DNA of 64,000 bases from Spirochaetota bacterium (GTDB lineage Bacteria > Spirochaetota > UBA4802 > UB4802), in the NCBI GenBank assembly GCA_029907515.1, contig JARYLT010000003.1, forward strand, positions 3,448-67,447, written 5' to 3'. A model generated the notes under the pieces. The model was not told the origin of the DNA. It ran no database searches and saw only the letters and a program-made list of their open reading frames with translations. Positions within the stretch are counted from its first letter, which is position 1; each line of letters opens with the position of its first letter. Shown piece after piece: positions 1-8,274 of the stretch. Both the position numbers and the translations under genes were made by a program.

Positions 1-94
1 ACATAAAAGGATAGATGGGTCTATTGCGATTTGTATATACCTGGAGCAAACCAATGACCGCAGAACGCTGCTGAAATTTTTTTTGTTTCATCAT
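1..94 (-). CDS. 5' end of an unidentified gene that continues beyond the window edge
   Basis: ATGATG at 89-94 on the minus strand opens a frame with no stop through position 1 (MMKQKKFQQRSAVIGLLQVY...). It lies 18 nt downstream of the trpD stop. No clear SD sequence. Confidence 0.25.
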   Translation of the reverse strand, partial: MMKQKKFQQRSAVIGLLQVYTNRNRPIYPFM

Positions 95-112
95 TGCAAG
101 TGAAAACATGGT

Positions 113-1117
113 TTAGCCTTCCTGAAGTTTGGTAAGTGTTTGTGCAACGCTACCGCTATGGATGACGTCAAGCGCTATCGTGTAATTATCTTCTATGGAT
201 GAATCGTCATCCAGTACAAAAAGTGCCAGTGCTGTATTCAGTGCTAAAAGTTTGCTAAGTGGGGTGAGTGTAGTATTGTTTATCGTTTCAATAAACAGTG
301 TTGCATTTTCCTGCGGTGATAAATCTTTAGGGATAGCATTGGCTTCATCGTTACTTAAAAATTTTTCTGGATTAATGGTGAATGTGCTGATCTTGTTATT
401 ACAAATTTCAACTACATGGGTTGGATGTAGTGGTGATACCTCATCCATGCCATTTGCAGAAGAATAAAGTATCAGGCGCTCATATCCTAAAGGCAATGCA
501 GCCTGTGCATAAACTTCTAAAAATGAAGGGTGAAAAACCCCAATCATCTGACGTTTTGGTTGTAATGGATTGGTAAGCGGCCCTAAATAATTGAATATGG
601 TGCGCACGCCCAATTGTTTGCGTACCGGTGCTGCATGTTTCATGGCAGGATGGTAATTGGGTGCAAACAAAAATATAAATTTATATTTGTTAAAATAGCG
701 CACTGCATCCTGCCCTGAAAGGTTTACCGGTATATTCAGGGCTTCATAAAAATCAGCCGAGCCGCTTTTGCTGGTAACCGAACGGTTGCCATGTTTTGCA
801 ATTGGGTAGCCCATGGCGTTAAGAATAATGGCAACAGCGCTTGATATATTGAATGAATGTGAGTGATCGCCACCGGTGCCGCAGGTGTCAAAGACGCTTT
901 CAGTGATGGGAAGGCTTACTGCAAATTTCCGCATTGATTTAATGGCACCGCTGATTTCCTCGGGTTTTTCCCTGCGTACTTTCATTGCAGCAAGCACTGC
1001 CGCTAGTTCAATCTGTGATATCCTGCCATCAAAGATGGAATCAAACAGATATTCGGATTGTTCCATGGATAATGTGTTGCCTTCAATTGTTTGCGTTATA
1101 AGCTGTTCTGTATTCAT
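113..1117 (-). CDS. trpD: anthranilate phosphoribosyltransferase
   Basis: 334-aa ORF with the DTCGTGGD phosphoribosyltransferase motif and overall TrpD-like sequence. It overlaps the trpG 3' end, consistent with an operon. Confidence 0.9.
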   Translation of the reverse strand: MNTEQLITQTIEGNTLSMEQSEYLFDSIFDGRISQIELAAVLAAMKVRREKPEEISGAIKSMRKFAVSLPITESVFDTCGTGGDHSHSFNISSAVAIILNAMGYPIAKHGNRSVTSKSGSADFYEALNIPVNLSGQDAVRYFNKYKFIFLFAPNYHPAMKHAAPVRKQLGVRTIFNYLGPLTNPLQPKRQMIGVFHPSFLEVYAQAALPLGYERLILYSSANGMDEVSPLHPTHVVEICNNKISTFTINPEKFLSNDEANAIPKDLSPQENATLFIETINNTTLTPLSKLLALNTALALFVLDDDSSIEDNYTIALDVIHSGSVAQTLTKLQEG

Positions 1118-1676
1118 AAGATCCTCCTGTAAAATTTTTTAAAATCTGTAATCCGTACTCTGATGCGTACGATTCGGGGTGAAACTGTACACCCCATATA
1201 AATTTTGTTTTATGTTTTAAAGCCATGATTTCGCCATCGCTTGAACGGGCTTCAATGCTAAGGCAGTTGGGGAAGTTAGTTTCACTTACCACCAGTGAAT
1301 GGTAACGGGCAGCGGTAAATTGTTGTGGAATGTTATGAAACAGTTTTCCGCCATAATGTTGAATTATATCAGTTTTACCGTGCATGATTTTTTTTGCATG
1401 AACTATTCTACCACCATATACATACCCAATTGCCTGCATGCCCAGGCACACACCCAGAATGGGTATATCATGAATGTTTTGAATGACGGTTACTGTAATG
1501 CCTGAATGCGCTGGGGATGAAGGGCCAGGTGATAAAATGATACCGGTGTAGTCGTGGAAATTAATTGACTCAAAATCCGCATTGTTGCGGTAAACATCCA
1601 CATCTTCTCCCAGTATGCGCATGTACTCAACCAGATTATAGGTAAATGAGTCATAGTTATCAATTATACAGAACAT
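1083..1676 (-). CDS. trpG: anthranilate synthase component II (glutamine amidotransferase)
   Basis: 197-aa class-I glutamine amidotransferase with the GVCLGMQ catalytic-Cys motif and HPES. Its start overlaps the trpE stop (TAATG). Confidence 0.85.
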   Translation of the reverse strand: MFCIIDNYDSFTYNLVEYMRILGEDVDVYRNNADFESINFHDYTGIILSPGPSSPAHSGITVTVIQNIHDIPILGVCLGMQAIGYVYGGRIVHAKKIMHGKTDIIQHYGGKLFHNIPQQFTAARYHSLVVSETNFPNCLSIEARSSDGEIMALKHKTKFIWGVQFHPESYASEYGLQILKNFTGGSYEYRTAYNANN

Positions 1677-3169
1677 TACACAATCTCCTTTACCATAGTT
1701 TTTGATTTTGCAAACGGCAGGCTTACCGAAAGCGCTTTAAGTTTATGTACTATTTCATTAAATTCATTCTCCGGAATACTATCGTACACAATGCCAGCAC
1801 CCGCCTGTAAAAATGACCCTTGAGGCGAAAAAACAGCTGTCCTGATGGTAATACAGGTATCCATGGTATTGTTAAATCCAATGTAGCCCACACACCCGGC
1901 GTAAATGCCACGGGGATGCGGTTCAAGCTGGTCAATAATTTCAATAGCGCGCACCTTGGGGGCTCCGGTTACTGTGCCAGCAGGAAAGGTATGGCGCAGT
2001 ACATCGCTTAAACTAATCCTGTCATTGAGTGTAGCAGTAACGTTTGAAACCAGGTGAATAACGTGCGAATAATCTTCCGGTTGCATAAACTGAGTTACCT
2101 GCACGCTTCCCGGCTTTGCAATGATACTTAAGTCATTGCGTGCTAAATCAACAAGCATCAGGTGTTCTGCGCGTTCTTTTTCATTGTTAAGCAAAATCTC
2201 TTTGTTTTTTTTATTCTGAGCCTTTGTTTTTCCCTGGGCGATAGTTCCTGCAATTGGCCTTAACGTTGCAATAGTGTCCTGTACTTTAACGTGAATCTCC
2301 GGCGAGCTTCCGGCAACAGTAAGATCGCCGTGTTTCATGTAAAACATGTATGGAGATGGGTTAACCTGCCTCAGTTTGAGATAAAAACGATATGGGTCAA
2401 CAGGTTCATTGATATATGCACGCATACTTAAAACAATCTGCAATGCCTCGCCATCTTCAATTAAGGCTTTTGCCTGTGCCACTGAATCCATGAATTCGTC
2501 GGGTGAACTGCTAAAATCAAGGTGTATTGATTCAGAGTATGCAGGCAGGTATGGCAGCGAAGTTGAGGATAGTGTATTGATAATGGTATCTTCATAGGTA
2601 TGAAGGCGTTGTATTGCCTGGTTATAGGCTGATTCAATGCTACCATCATGTGTATAGATACATGTAGCAATGTAGTATGTGTTGTATTTATTGTCATAGC
2701 AGATGAAGTCATCAATATGGTGCAGCACCATTAATGGATGCAGTGTATCCTGGTGTATGAATTGTCGCAAATGACCGGTGTAGTTAACCAGGTCATATGC
2801 AAAATAACCTGATAGGCCTCCGTTATATGAACCAAAGCGTTTAAAAGACGGTGAGCGATATTGAGCAATATATTTGTCAATATAATCAAATGGATCAGAA
2901 CAGGGGATTGTCGTAGTTTTGGAGCTATCACCTGTCATTATATACGGTGGGCTAAAGTAAAGCGTTTGTACCGGATTAAAACCCAGAAAAGAATATCTGC
3001 TTTGTTTTTTGTTTTGCCTGGCGCTTTCAAAAAATATACAATCGCCATTATTGATGAACGATTTCAGTAAAAGCAGTAAACCGGGATGAGAAATATTAAG
3101 CTGCTTATAGATAGGGATGCGATTATATGTGCTGCTTAAATGTTTGCATTGCTGTAATGTTGGATACAT
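1676..3169 (-). CDS. trpE: anthranilate synthase component I
   Basis: Chorismate-binding enzyme signature (GAPKVRAIEIIDQLE, GIYAGCVGY). Start is placed at the internal Met (MYPTLQQ), which has a GGAG SD 7 nt upstream. The longer ORF-track start would run through the two terminator hairpins. Confidence 0.9.
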   Translation of the reverse strand: MYPTLQQCKHLSSTYNRIPIYKQLNISHPGLLLLLKSFINNGDCIFFESARQNKKQSRYSFLGFNPVQTLYFSPPYIMTGDSSKTTTIPCSDPFDYIDKYIAQYRSPSFKRFGSYNGGLSGYFAYDLVNYTGHLRQFIHQDTLHPLMVLHHIDDFICYDNKYNTYYIATCIYTHDGSIESAYNQAIQRLHTYEDTIINTLSSTSLPYLPAYSESIHLDFSSSPDEFMDSVAQAKALIEDGEALQIVLSMRAYINEPVDPYRFYLKLRQVNPSPYMFYMKHGDLTVAGSSPEIHVKVQDTIATLRPIAGTIAQGKTKAQNKKNKEILLNNEKERAEHLMLVDLARNDLSIIAKPGSVQVTQFMQPEDYSHVIHLVSNVTATLNDRISLSDVLRHTFPAGTVTGAPKVRAIEIIDQLEPHPRGIYAGCVGYIGFNNTMDTCITIRTAVFSPQGSFLQAGAGIVYDSIPENEFNEIVHKLKALSVSLPFAKSKTMVKEIV

Positions 3170-3189
3170 TGTATTACTCCTTGCTGTAA

Positions 3190-3226
3190 AATAAAAAAGC
3201 CGTGGATTTGAACTAAACCCACGGCC
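3190..3226 (-). terminator. intrinsic terminator hairpin B, second of a tandem pair in the trp leader
   Basis: On the minus strand, GCCGTGG..CCACGGC forms a 7-8 bp stem followed by TTTTTTATTTT. It sits 15-20 nt upstream of the trpE SD. Confidence 0.5.
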
Positions 3227-3238
3227 TGATGCGTGTAC

Positions 3239-3275
3239 AAAAAAAGCCGTGGGTTTGATGTCCACCCACGGCTTT
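3239..3275 (-). terminator. attenuator terminator hairpin A of the trp leader
   Basis: On the minus strand, AGCCGTGGGT-GGACATCAA-ACCCACGGCT forms a 9-10 bp GC-rich stem followed by T7. Its left arm and loop contain GGTGGACATC, which is complementary to the end of the leader ORF. Confidence 0.6.
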
Positions 3276-3304
3276 GCCATTTTCATTTATACAATAATAG
3301 CCCT

Positions 3305-3376
3305 TCAGGTGGACATCATGTTTGTCCACCACCACCAGCTATTGTTAACTGCAAATGTTACCAGTGTTATCTTCAT
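3305..3376 (-). CDS. trpL: trp operon leader peptide with four consecutive Trp codons
   Basis: Minus strand reads ATG AAG ATA ACA CTG GTA ACA TTT GCA GTT AAC AAT AGC TGG TGG TGG TGG ACA AAC ATG ATG TCC ACC TGA, which is MKITLVTFAVNNSWWWWTNMMST. The Trp codons and the stop overlap the hairpin GGTGGACA/TGTCCACC. It is directly upstream of terminator A and trpE. Confidence 0.65.
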   Translation of the reverse strand: MKITLVTFAVNNSWWWWTNMMST

Positions 3377-3527
3377 TGCTGTGTTACGTTTAATGCCTTT
3401 AAAATTATATCGTTAAATGACATAAAAACTAGAAATAAAAAATGTCAACAATTTTTTATTTTTTAATATTTACATCATCTGTCTGATGTTTATCTATGCT
3501 CTGTTCCACAGGGCATGATTGCGAAAG

Positions 3528-3617
3528 TCAGGTACGAATACCAAGCTTTGGAAATACATAAATATTCAAAGCAAACCACAGTGCCATAAGGATCAAAAAC
3601 CATATTGCTTCTTTCAT
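3528..3617 (-). CDS. small hydrophobic peptide (29 aa), hypothetical
   Basis: MKEAIWFLILMALWFALNIYVFPKLGIRT, with a single predicted TM helix. Lies between the selenoprotein gene and the trp leader. Weak SD. Below the ORF-track size cutoff. Confidence 0.2.
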   Translation of the reverse strand: MKEAIWFLILMALWFALNIYVFPKLGIRT

Positions 3618-3635
3618 ACGTGTACCTTTTACATT

Positions 3636-3941
3636 TTATCCACAGGATGAACCTGTATCAACCATAAAACCAGCACCATACGGTGTGTCCACAAAATCTA
3701 TGGTAATGTTGGTTCCAGCATCCATAAACCTTGCAATATCGCTGTCATACATTACGGGGATTTCGTTTGCAATTACTACTGTATCTTTTGTGTTTTCTGA
3801 CTCATCCAGAGCCAGTCCCAGACGGGGGCCGCCTCATCCAATACCGGCAAAAACAAGTCTTAATCCAGGCTGCTTAAATTCAACATCTTTGGCAGCTTCA
3901 ATAATTTTTTGTTTAGCTGAATCTGTAATAGTTATGTTCAT
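3636..3941 (-). CDS. HesB/IscA-like iron-sulfur cluster insertion protein with an in-frame UGA at the conserved Cys position (candidate selenoprotein)
   Basis: Minus-strand translation is MNITITDSAKQKIIEAAKDVEFKQPGLRLVFAGIG-[TGA]-GGPRLGLALDESENTKDTVVIANEIPVMYDSDIARFMDAGTNITIDFVDTPYGAGFMVDTGSSCG. The TGA at 3834-3836 is in frame and aligns with the Cys of the A-type carrier G-C-x-G motif. The C-terminal SSCG is retained. It is absent from the ORF track because of the TGA. Confidence 0.6.
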
Positions 3942-4167
3942 AATAAAACCTTTACAAGAAATTTATATAATAATAAAATACTAACATTTTTGGGATTTTC
4001 AAGTATTTTTTTGTTTATATGGCACTAATTATTGCTTTTTTCCAATATTGTTGACAGGCAATCATGTATTTTGTATAGTTTGAATACGTGATGTAAAAGG
4101 TAAAGCATATATGTTAACAGTTGAAATAGAAGCCTTAAAGCCTGTTAACAGTAACTATCGCTCATAC

Positions 4168-6543
4168 TTAATACACTATATCCAACACTTCCTCAAAATA
4201 GCTTACAAAGCGCGCATCAATGCCTTTCTTGATATGTTCGGGTAATTCATCAAAATCTTTTTTATTCTCGGCAGGGTAAATGATGGTTTTAACCTTTGCT
4301 CGTTTAGCTGCAAGGGTCTTTTCTTTTACTCCTCCAATAGGAAGCACTCTTCCGGTAATGGTCAGCTCGCCGGTCATTGCCACACTTTTTTTAATGGGCT
4401 TATTTTTAGCAAGTGAGTACAGTGCCGTAGCCATAGTAATACCGGCTGAAGGACCATCCTTGGGGGTAGCGCCTGCTGGTACATGCAGGTGTATAAAATG
4501 ATTTTCAAAGAAATTGGGATCAATGCCAAACTGCTTAACTTTGGAGCGAATATATGAATAGGCAATTTCCGTTGATTCTTTCATAACATTGCCAAGCTGT
4601 CCTGTTTGTGTAAAACCCTTTGTTTTTGATGGTATTGCGGTTGCTTCAATATACAGCGTTGCACCACCCAGGCTTGTCCAGGCAAGCCCCATGACCACCC
4701 CCGGAATTGGCTTTTTATAAAGCGATTCATCGGTAAAACGGGGTTTGCCCAATAACTCTTCTAAATTTTGTGTTGTGACAGTAACTGTTGATGTTGTCCC
4801 TTCAATAATTTGTCGGGTGGCTTTTCGCATAATCTTTTTTATGTTATTTTCCAAACTTCGAACACCTGCTTCACGCGCATAGCCTTCTATAATATTTTTT
4901 AGAGCTGCTGTATCTATCTTAACCTCGTTTTTATGCAGCCCATGTTCTTTCATTTGCTTGGGGATTAGGTATCGCTTTGCTATCTCTAATTTTTCTTCCA
5001 GTATATAGCCGGACAGATGCATGATTTCCATACGGTCCATTAAAGGCAGGGGAATAGTGTCCAATTGATTGGCAGTTGCAATGAAAAGGATATTTGATAA
5101 ATCATAGCGTACATCTAAATAGTGATCAAGGAACTGTGAATTCTGTTCAGGATCAAGTACTTCCAGTAATGCTGATGCAGGATCGCCCTGAAAGCTTGCA
5201 CCTATCTTATCAATTTCATCAAGCATGATGACCGGATTTGATGTCTCTACCACCTTAAGACTCTGGATAATTTTCCCGGGCATTGCCCCAATGTATGTGC
5301 GACGGTGACCTTTGATTTCGGCTTCATCACGCATGCCACCAAGTGAAAAACGATAAAATTTTCGGTTCAATGCTGCAGCCACTGATTTGCCAATAGATGT
5401 TTTACCAACACCGGGAGGTCCAACAAAACAAATTATTGAACCGGTAATACTGCCCTTCTTTTTACCAGCGCTGATAAATTCTAAAATGCGGTCTTTTATA
5501 TCCTGTAGTCCATAGTGATCACGGTCCAGAATTTTTTTTGCTTTGTTAATATCGTAATTATCTTCTGAATAGATGCCCCATGGCAAGGATGTAAGCCAGT
5601 CTAAGTAATTGCGGCTTACTCCATATTCTGCTGAATGTGGCTCAAGAACTTTTAATTTTTCCAATTCTTCGTTAAAGCGCTTTAATGCCTCTTCGCTTAA
5701 TTTAAGTTTTTTTACACGTTCCTCAAACTTTTCAATTTCAGAAGTTTTTTCATCTTTTTCAAGTCCCAGCTCTTTTTTGATTTCCTTAAGCTGTTCCCGT
5801 AAAAAGAATTCCTTCTGGTTTTTGGCAATGCGTTCTTCTATTTGCTGTGAAATTTTTTTCTGTAGTTTTGATAATTCTAATTCTTTCTTTAAAAGCAGCA
5901 AAACCTTCTCAACACGTGCTTTAACATCAAATGTTTCAAGGATGTCCTGCACCTCTGCTGGTTCTGCTGAGGTAAGTGATGCAACAAAATCAGCTAATTT
6001 TCCTGGGTCTTCTAAACTAAAGCGGTTAAGGAAAAGTTTAAGCTCTTCTTGAAACAGGGAATTTGATTTAATTAATTCCTTAACGGAAGAAAGAATTGCT
6101 GCAGAATATGCTTTCATCTCATCGGTTGGTTCAAGCTCGGGTTCGTAATAGTGGTCCACTTTCCAGCGAATAATGGGTTGATCGGTTACTATCTGCTGTA
6201 AGGTGAAGCGCTTTAATGCATTCACCATTACCTGTATGGTGTTTTCATCAATAGGTGCTATCTTCAATACTTTAATGGTAACTCCCACCTTGTAAAGGTC
6301 ATCAGATGTAACCATGCCTTCACGCTGATTCTGGATTAACACTACACCGCCAATTTTGTGGTCCGATTCGGCAATGGCACGCGCAGTATTCAGCATAGTA
6401 TCACCGGTAAGAACCAGTGGTACCATCATGCCAGGGAATATCGGCCTGTGGGATATGGGTATAATGGGGATAATTTCGGGCAAAATTTCAGATGGCAGAA
6501 TCAGGTGTTTTGACTCAACAGCATGGCTTGAATCATCCGGCAT
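4168..6543 (-). CDS. lon: ATP-dependent Lon protease
   Basis: 791 aa with an N-terminal LON domain, AAA+ Walker A (GPPGVGKTS) and a C-terminal Ser protease domain (PKDGPSAG). AGAGGTGA SD. Confidence 0.95.
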   Translation of the reverse strand: MPDDSSHAVESKHLILPSEILPEIIPIIPISHRPIFPGMMVPLVLTGDTMLNTARAIAESDHKIGGVVLIQNQREGMVTSDDLYKVGVTIKVLKIAPIDENTIQVMVNALKRFTLQQIVTDQPIIRWKVDHYYEPELEPTDEMKAYSAAILSSVKELIKSNSLFQEELKLFLNRFSLEDPGKLADFVASLTSAEPAEVQDILETFDVKARVEKVLLLLKKELELSKLQKKISQQIEERIAKNQKEFFLREQLKEIKKELGLEKDEKTSEIEKFEERVKKLKLSEEALKRFNEELEKLKVLEPHSAEYGVSRNYLDWLTSLPWGIYSEDNYDINKAKKILDRDHYGLQDIKDRILEFISAGKKKGSITGSIICFVGPPGVGKTSIGKSVAAALNRKFYRFSLGGMRDEAEIKGHRRTYIGAMPGKIIQSLKVVETSNPVIMLDEIDKIGASFQGDPASALLEVLDPEQNSQFLDHYLDVRYDLSNILFIATANQLDTIPLPLMDRMEIMHLSGYILEEKLEIAKRYLIPKQMKEHGLHKNEVKIDTAALKNIIEGYAREAGVRSLENNIKKIMRKATRQIIEGTTSTVTVTTQNLEELLGKPRFTDESLYKKPIPGVVMGLAWTSLGGATLYIEATAIPSKTKGFTQTGQLGNVMKESTEIAYSYIRSKVKQFGIDPNFFENHFIHLHVPAGATPKDGPSAGITMATALYSLAKNKPIKKSVAMTGELTITGRVLPIGGVKEKTLAAKRAKVKTIIYPAENKKDFDELPEHIKKGIDARFVSYFEEVLDIVY

Positions 6544-6656
6544 AGGGTTTCACCTCTTGTGATCTGTTTTTTAGTTATAATGTAGCATTGCAGGTTTAAA
6601 AATCAAGATAATTTCTTTATAGCTGGTTCTCTTTGGAAGCAGGCAAACATACTGGG

Positions 6657-6678
6657 TTTTAGTCCCATAGGACTAAAA
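6657..6678. promoter_or_regulatory. perfect 9-bp inverted repeat TTTTAGTCC-CATA-GGACTAAAA in the lon/FecR divergent promoter region
   Basis: Seen directly in the sequence, about 115 bp upstream of the lon start. Candidate operator. It does not match the CIRCE consensus. Confidence 0.3.
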
Positions 6679-6783
6679 ATTTTGAAAAAAAGACTTTACA
6701 TATTAATTGAACAAAATAATATAACAAAAGCGAGAAGTACATTATATTATCATTAAAACTACATAGTTCCGTGGAGTTTAACA

Positions 6784-7776
6784 ATGAAGCTAAAACACTA
6801 CTCCATTCCTTTTTTAATAGCTTTTGTAGCATGCTGTATACATGCCTGTAAAGGGCAGCAGAAAACACTTTCTGGTGTTATAATTTTTGCACAAGGTGAT
6901 GTGACTATTATTCAGAATGATGTCAATAAACCAGCAGGTATAGGAACCAATGTTAATCCCAATGATATCATTGCAACCGGCAATCAATCTATTGCTGTTG
7001 TTCAGATAGCAGAAAGAGCAATTGCCCATATTGGCAGTAACAGTAGGGTTGTTGTACAATCGCTGCTTGATACATCAGTGACACTGTATCTTGAAAAAGG
7101 TGAGGTTATATCTAAAGTAGAGCGTCTTCAAAAAGGGCAGGAGTATTCAGTTAAAGCACGTTCTGTAGTTGCCAGTGTTCGCGGTACACAATTTTTGGTG
7201 AAAGCTGATGAAAAGATTGGCAAGGTAGCTGTTCATACGGGCAGTGTCAGTGTAAAGCCAGTTATAGAAGCTGAAGAGGTAGAAGTAGCAGAAATCAAGG
7301 AAACAATAGTGGAAGGGGGCAAGGAGGCGATAGTAACTGTTGAAGGAGAGAAAGCTGCTGAAGAGGTGCCGGTTGAAGTAAAGGAAATTTCTGTAAAAGA
7401 TAAAGTGAAAATAGAAACTGCTGCAAAAATAGAAGTTGTACCACAGGAAGTTTTAACAAAACCAGAATCGCTTGAAAAGGTTCAGGAAACCATAAAACAG
7501 AATGTGGAAAAAATAGAAAAGATTGAGACGTTAAGTGAAAGTGAAATTAAACAGCAGATAAAGAAAGAACGAATAGAACGCTTGATGCAGCAAAAAACGC
7601 GTACACTGGAAGAGATTAAAGAAGCATGTGAACGTATAGATGTTGTAAAACTGTATTCGGGCAAGACAATACAGGGAGCAATAATAGATAGATCTAATGA
7701 TTACAAGATATTAACTACAACAGGCGTTGTTGAGGTGCCAAAGAAAAGTGTGCGTTCAGTTAGTGTATTGCGGTAA
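6784..7776 (+). CDS. FecR-domain lipoprotein
   Basis: Signal peptide with cysteines (LIAFVACCIHAC), a FecR-like beta-rich N-terminal domain (GDVTII...VHTGSVSV) and a Glu/Lys-rich coiled middle region. GGAG SD. Confidence 0.7.
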   Translation: MKLKHYSIPFLIAFVACCIHACKGQQKTLSGVIIFAQGDVTIIQNDVNKPAGIGTNVNPNDIIATGNQSIAVVQIAERAIAHIGSNSRVVVQSLLDTSVTLYLEKGEVISKVERLQKGQEYSVKARSVVASVRGTQFLVKADEKIGKVAVHTGSVSVKPVIEAEEVEVAEIKETIVEGGKEAIVTVEGEKAAEEVPVEVKEISVKDKVKIETAAKIEVVPQEVLTKPESLEKVQETIKQNVEKIEKIETLSESEIKQQIKKERIERLMQQKTRTLEEIKEACERIDVVKLYSGKTIQGAIIDRSNDYKILTTTGVVEVPKKSVRSVSVLR

Positions 7777-7799
7777 TGTTTGGAAGTTTATTTAATTTC

Positions 7800-8190
7800 T
7801 CATTTTGACACTGTACATGTATCCGTTGCTATTTTGACGTCGAACATTAATGCTTTGTCATTTTGTTGATTAATAATTATACAATGTCATTTCGGCAACG
7901 AACATGTCTACTTTGTCATTTCGACGAACTCAGTGAGGAGAAATCTTAATACAAATTTATACACATGGAGGGTAGCAATAGTAATAACAGCACCGTAATA
8001 GCAATCCCCAGATGAGCGTGGCAATCACAATGTGTGGCTGCCATCCTGAGTGAAGTAAATCATCGTGGGGAGTTCCGATTTTATCGGGACACCAAAGGAT
8101 ATTGTCGTTAATGGCTTAAAAGATTCTTCGTCCCGACTTCATCGGGACTTAGAATGATGGTATCTTTACGTCATTGCAAGTTCTAAAGCA
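7800..8190. repeat. intergenic repeat block: about 5 degenerate tandem units (period ~29 bp) of TGTCATTTCGACGAAC, then GTGAGGAGAAATCT and short GC hairpins (CCGATTTTATCGG, GTCCCGACTTCATCGGGAC)
   Basis: Unit starts near 7801, 7830, 7857, 7886 and 7915. The terminal copy GTCATTTCGACGAACTCAGTGAGGAGAAATCT recurs in inverted orientation at 17161-17200. Non-coding. Confidence 0.6.
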
Positions 8191-8274
8191 GCGGGGCAAT
8201 CTCATTAATTAGTATAAATGTATTATATCAATTAGTCTTATGATGAAATACATTATATTTTATAGGAGGGTATT

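Larger units (their letters stand above)
3186..3376 (-). promoter_or_regulatory. ribosome-mediated transcription attenuator of the trpEGD operon
   Basis: A WWWW leader ORF is followed by mutually exclusive hairpins (1:2, 2:3 antiterminator, 3:4 terminator A), and the right arm of A can pair with the left arm of B. See the findings. Confidence 0.55.

Noticed and set aside
3170-3286. Longer trpE ORF starting at 3286 (ORF-track M1)
   Set aside because: The extension reads through the two terminator hairpins and the A/T runs and has no SD. The internal Met at 3169 has a GGAG SD and matches the TrpE N-terminus.
3306-3330. Hairpin GGTGGACA-N7-TGTCCACC as an independent regulator-binding palindrome
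   Set aside because: It is better explained as the 1:2 structure of the trp attenuator, because it overlaps the Trp codons and stop of the leader peptide.
3685-3984. 99-aa plus-strand ORF in the ORF track
   Set aside because: It is the antisense shadow of the HesB-like gene on the minus strand, which has a clear start, family similarity and a stop.
4112-4150. Hairpin CTGTTAACAG-N21-CTGTTAACAT downstream of lon as a terminator
   Set aside because: The loop is long (21 nt), the stem is AT-rich and there is no clean T-run. Not convincing as an intrinsic terminator.
5609-6052. 147-aa plus-strand ORF inside lon, and similar internal ORFs such as 37323-37811 and 49282-49605
   Set aside because: They lie antisense or out of frame within well-supported long genes, and their products are low complexity (Ser/Phe-rich).
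7800-7952. Possible CRISPR array (tandem short repeats)
   Set aside because: The units are contiguous and degenerate with no unique spacers of regular length, there are no cas genes, and the same element occurs inverted at a second locus. It is better explained as a REP-like repeat family.
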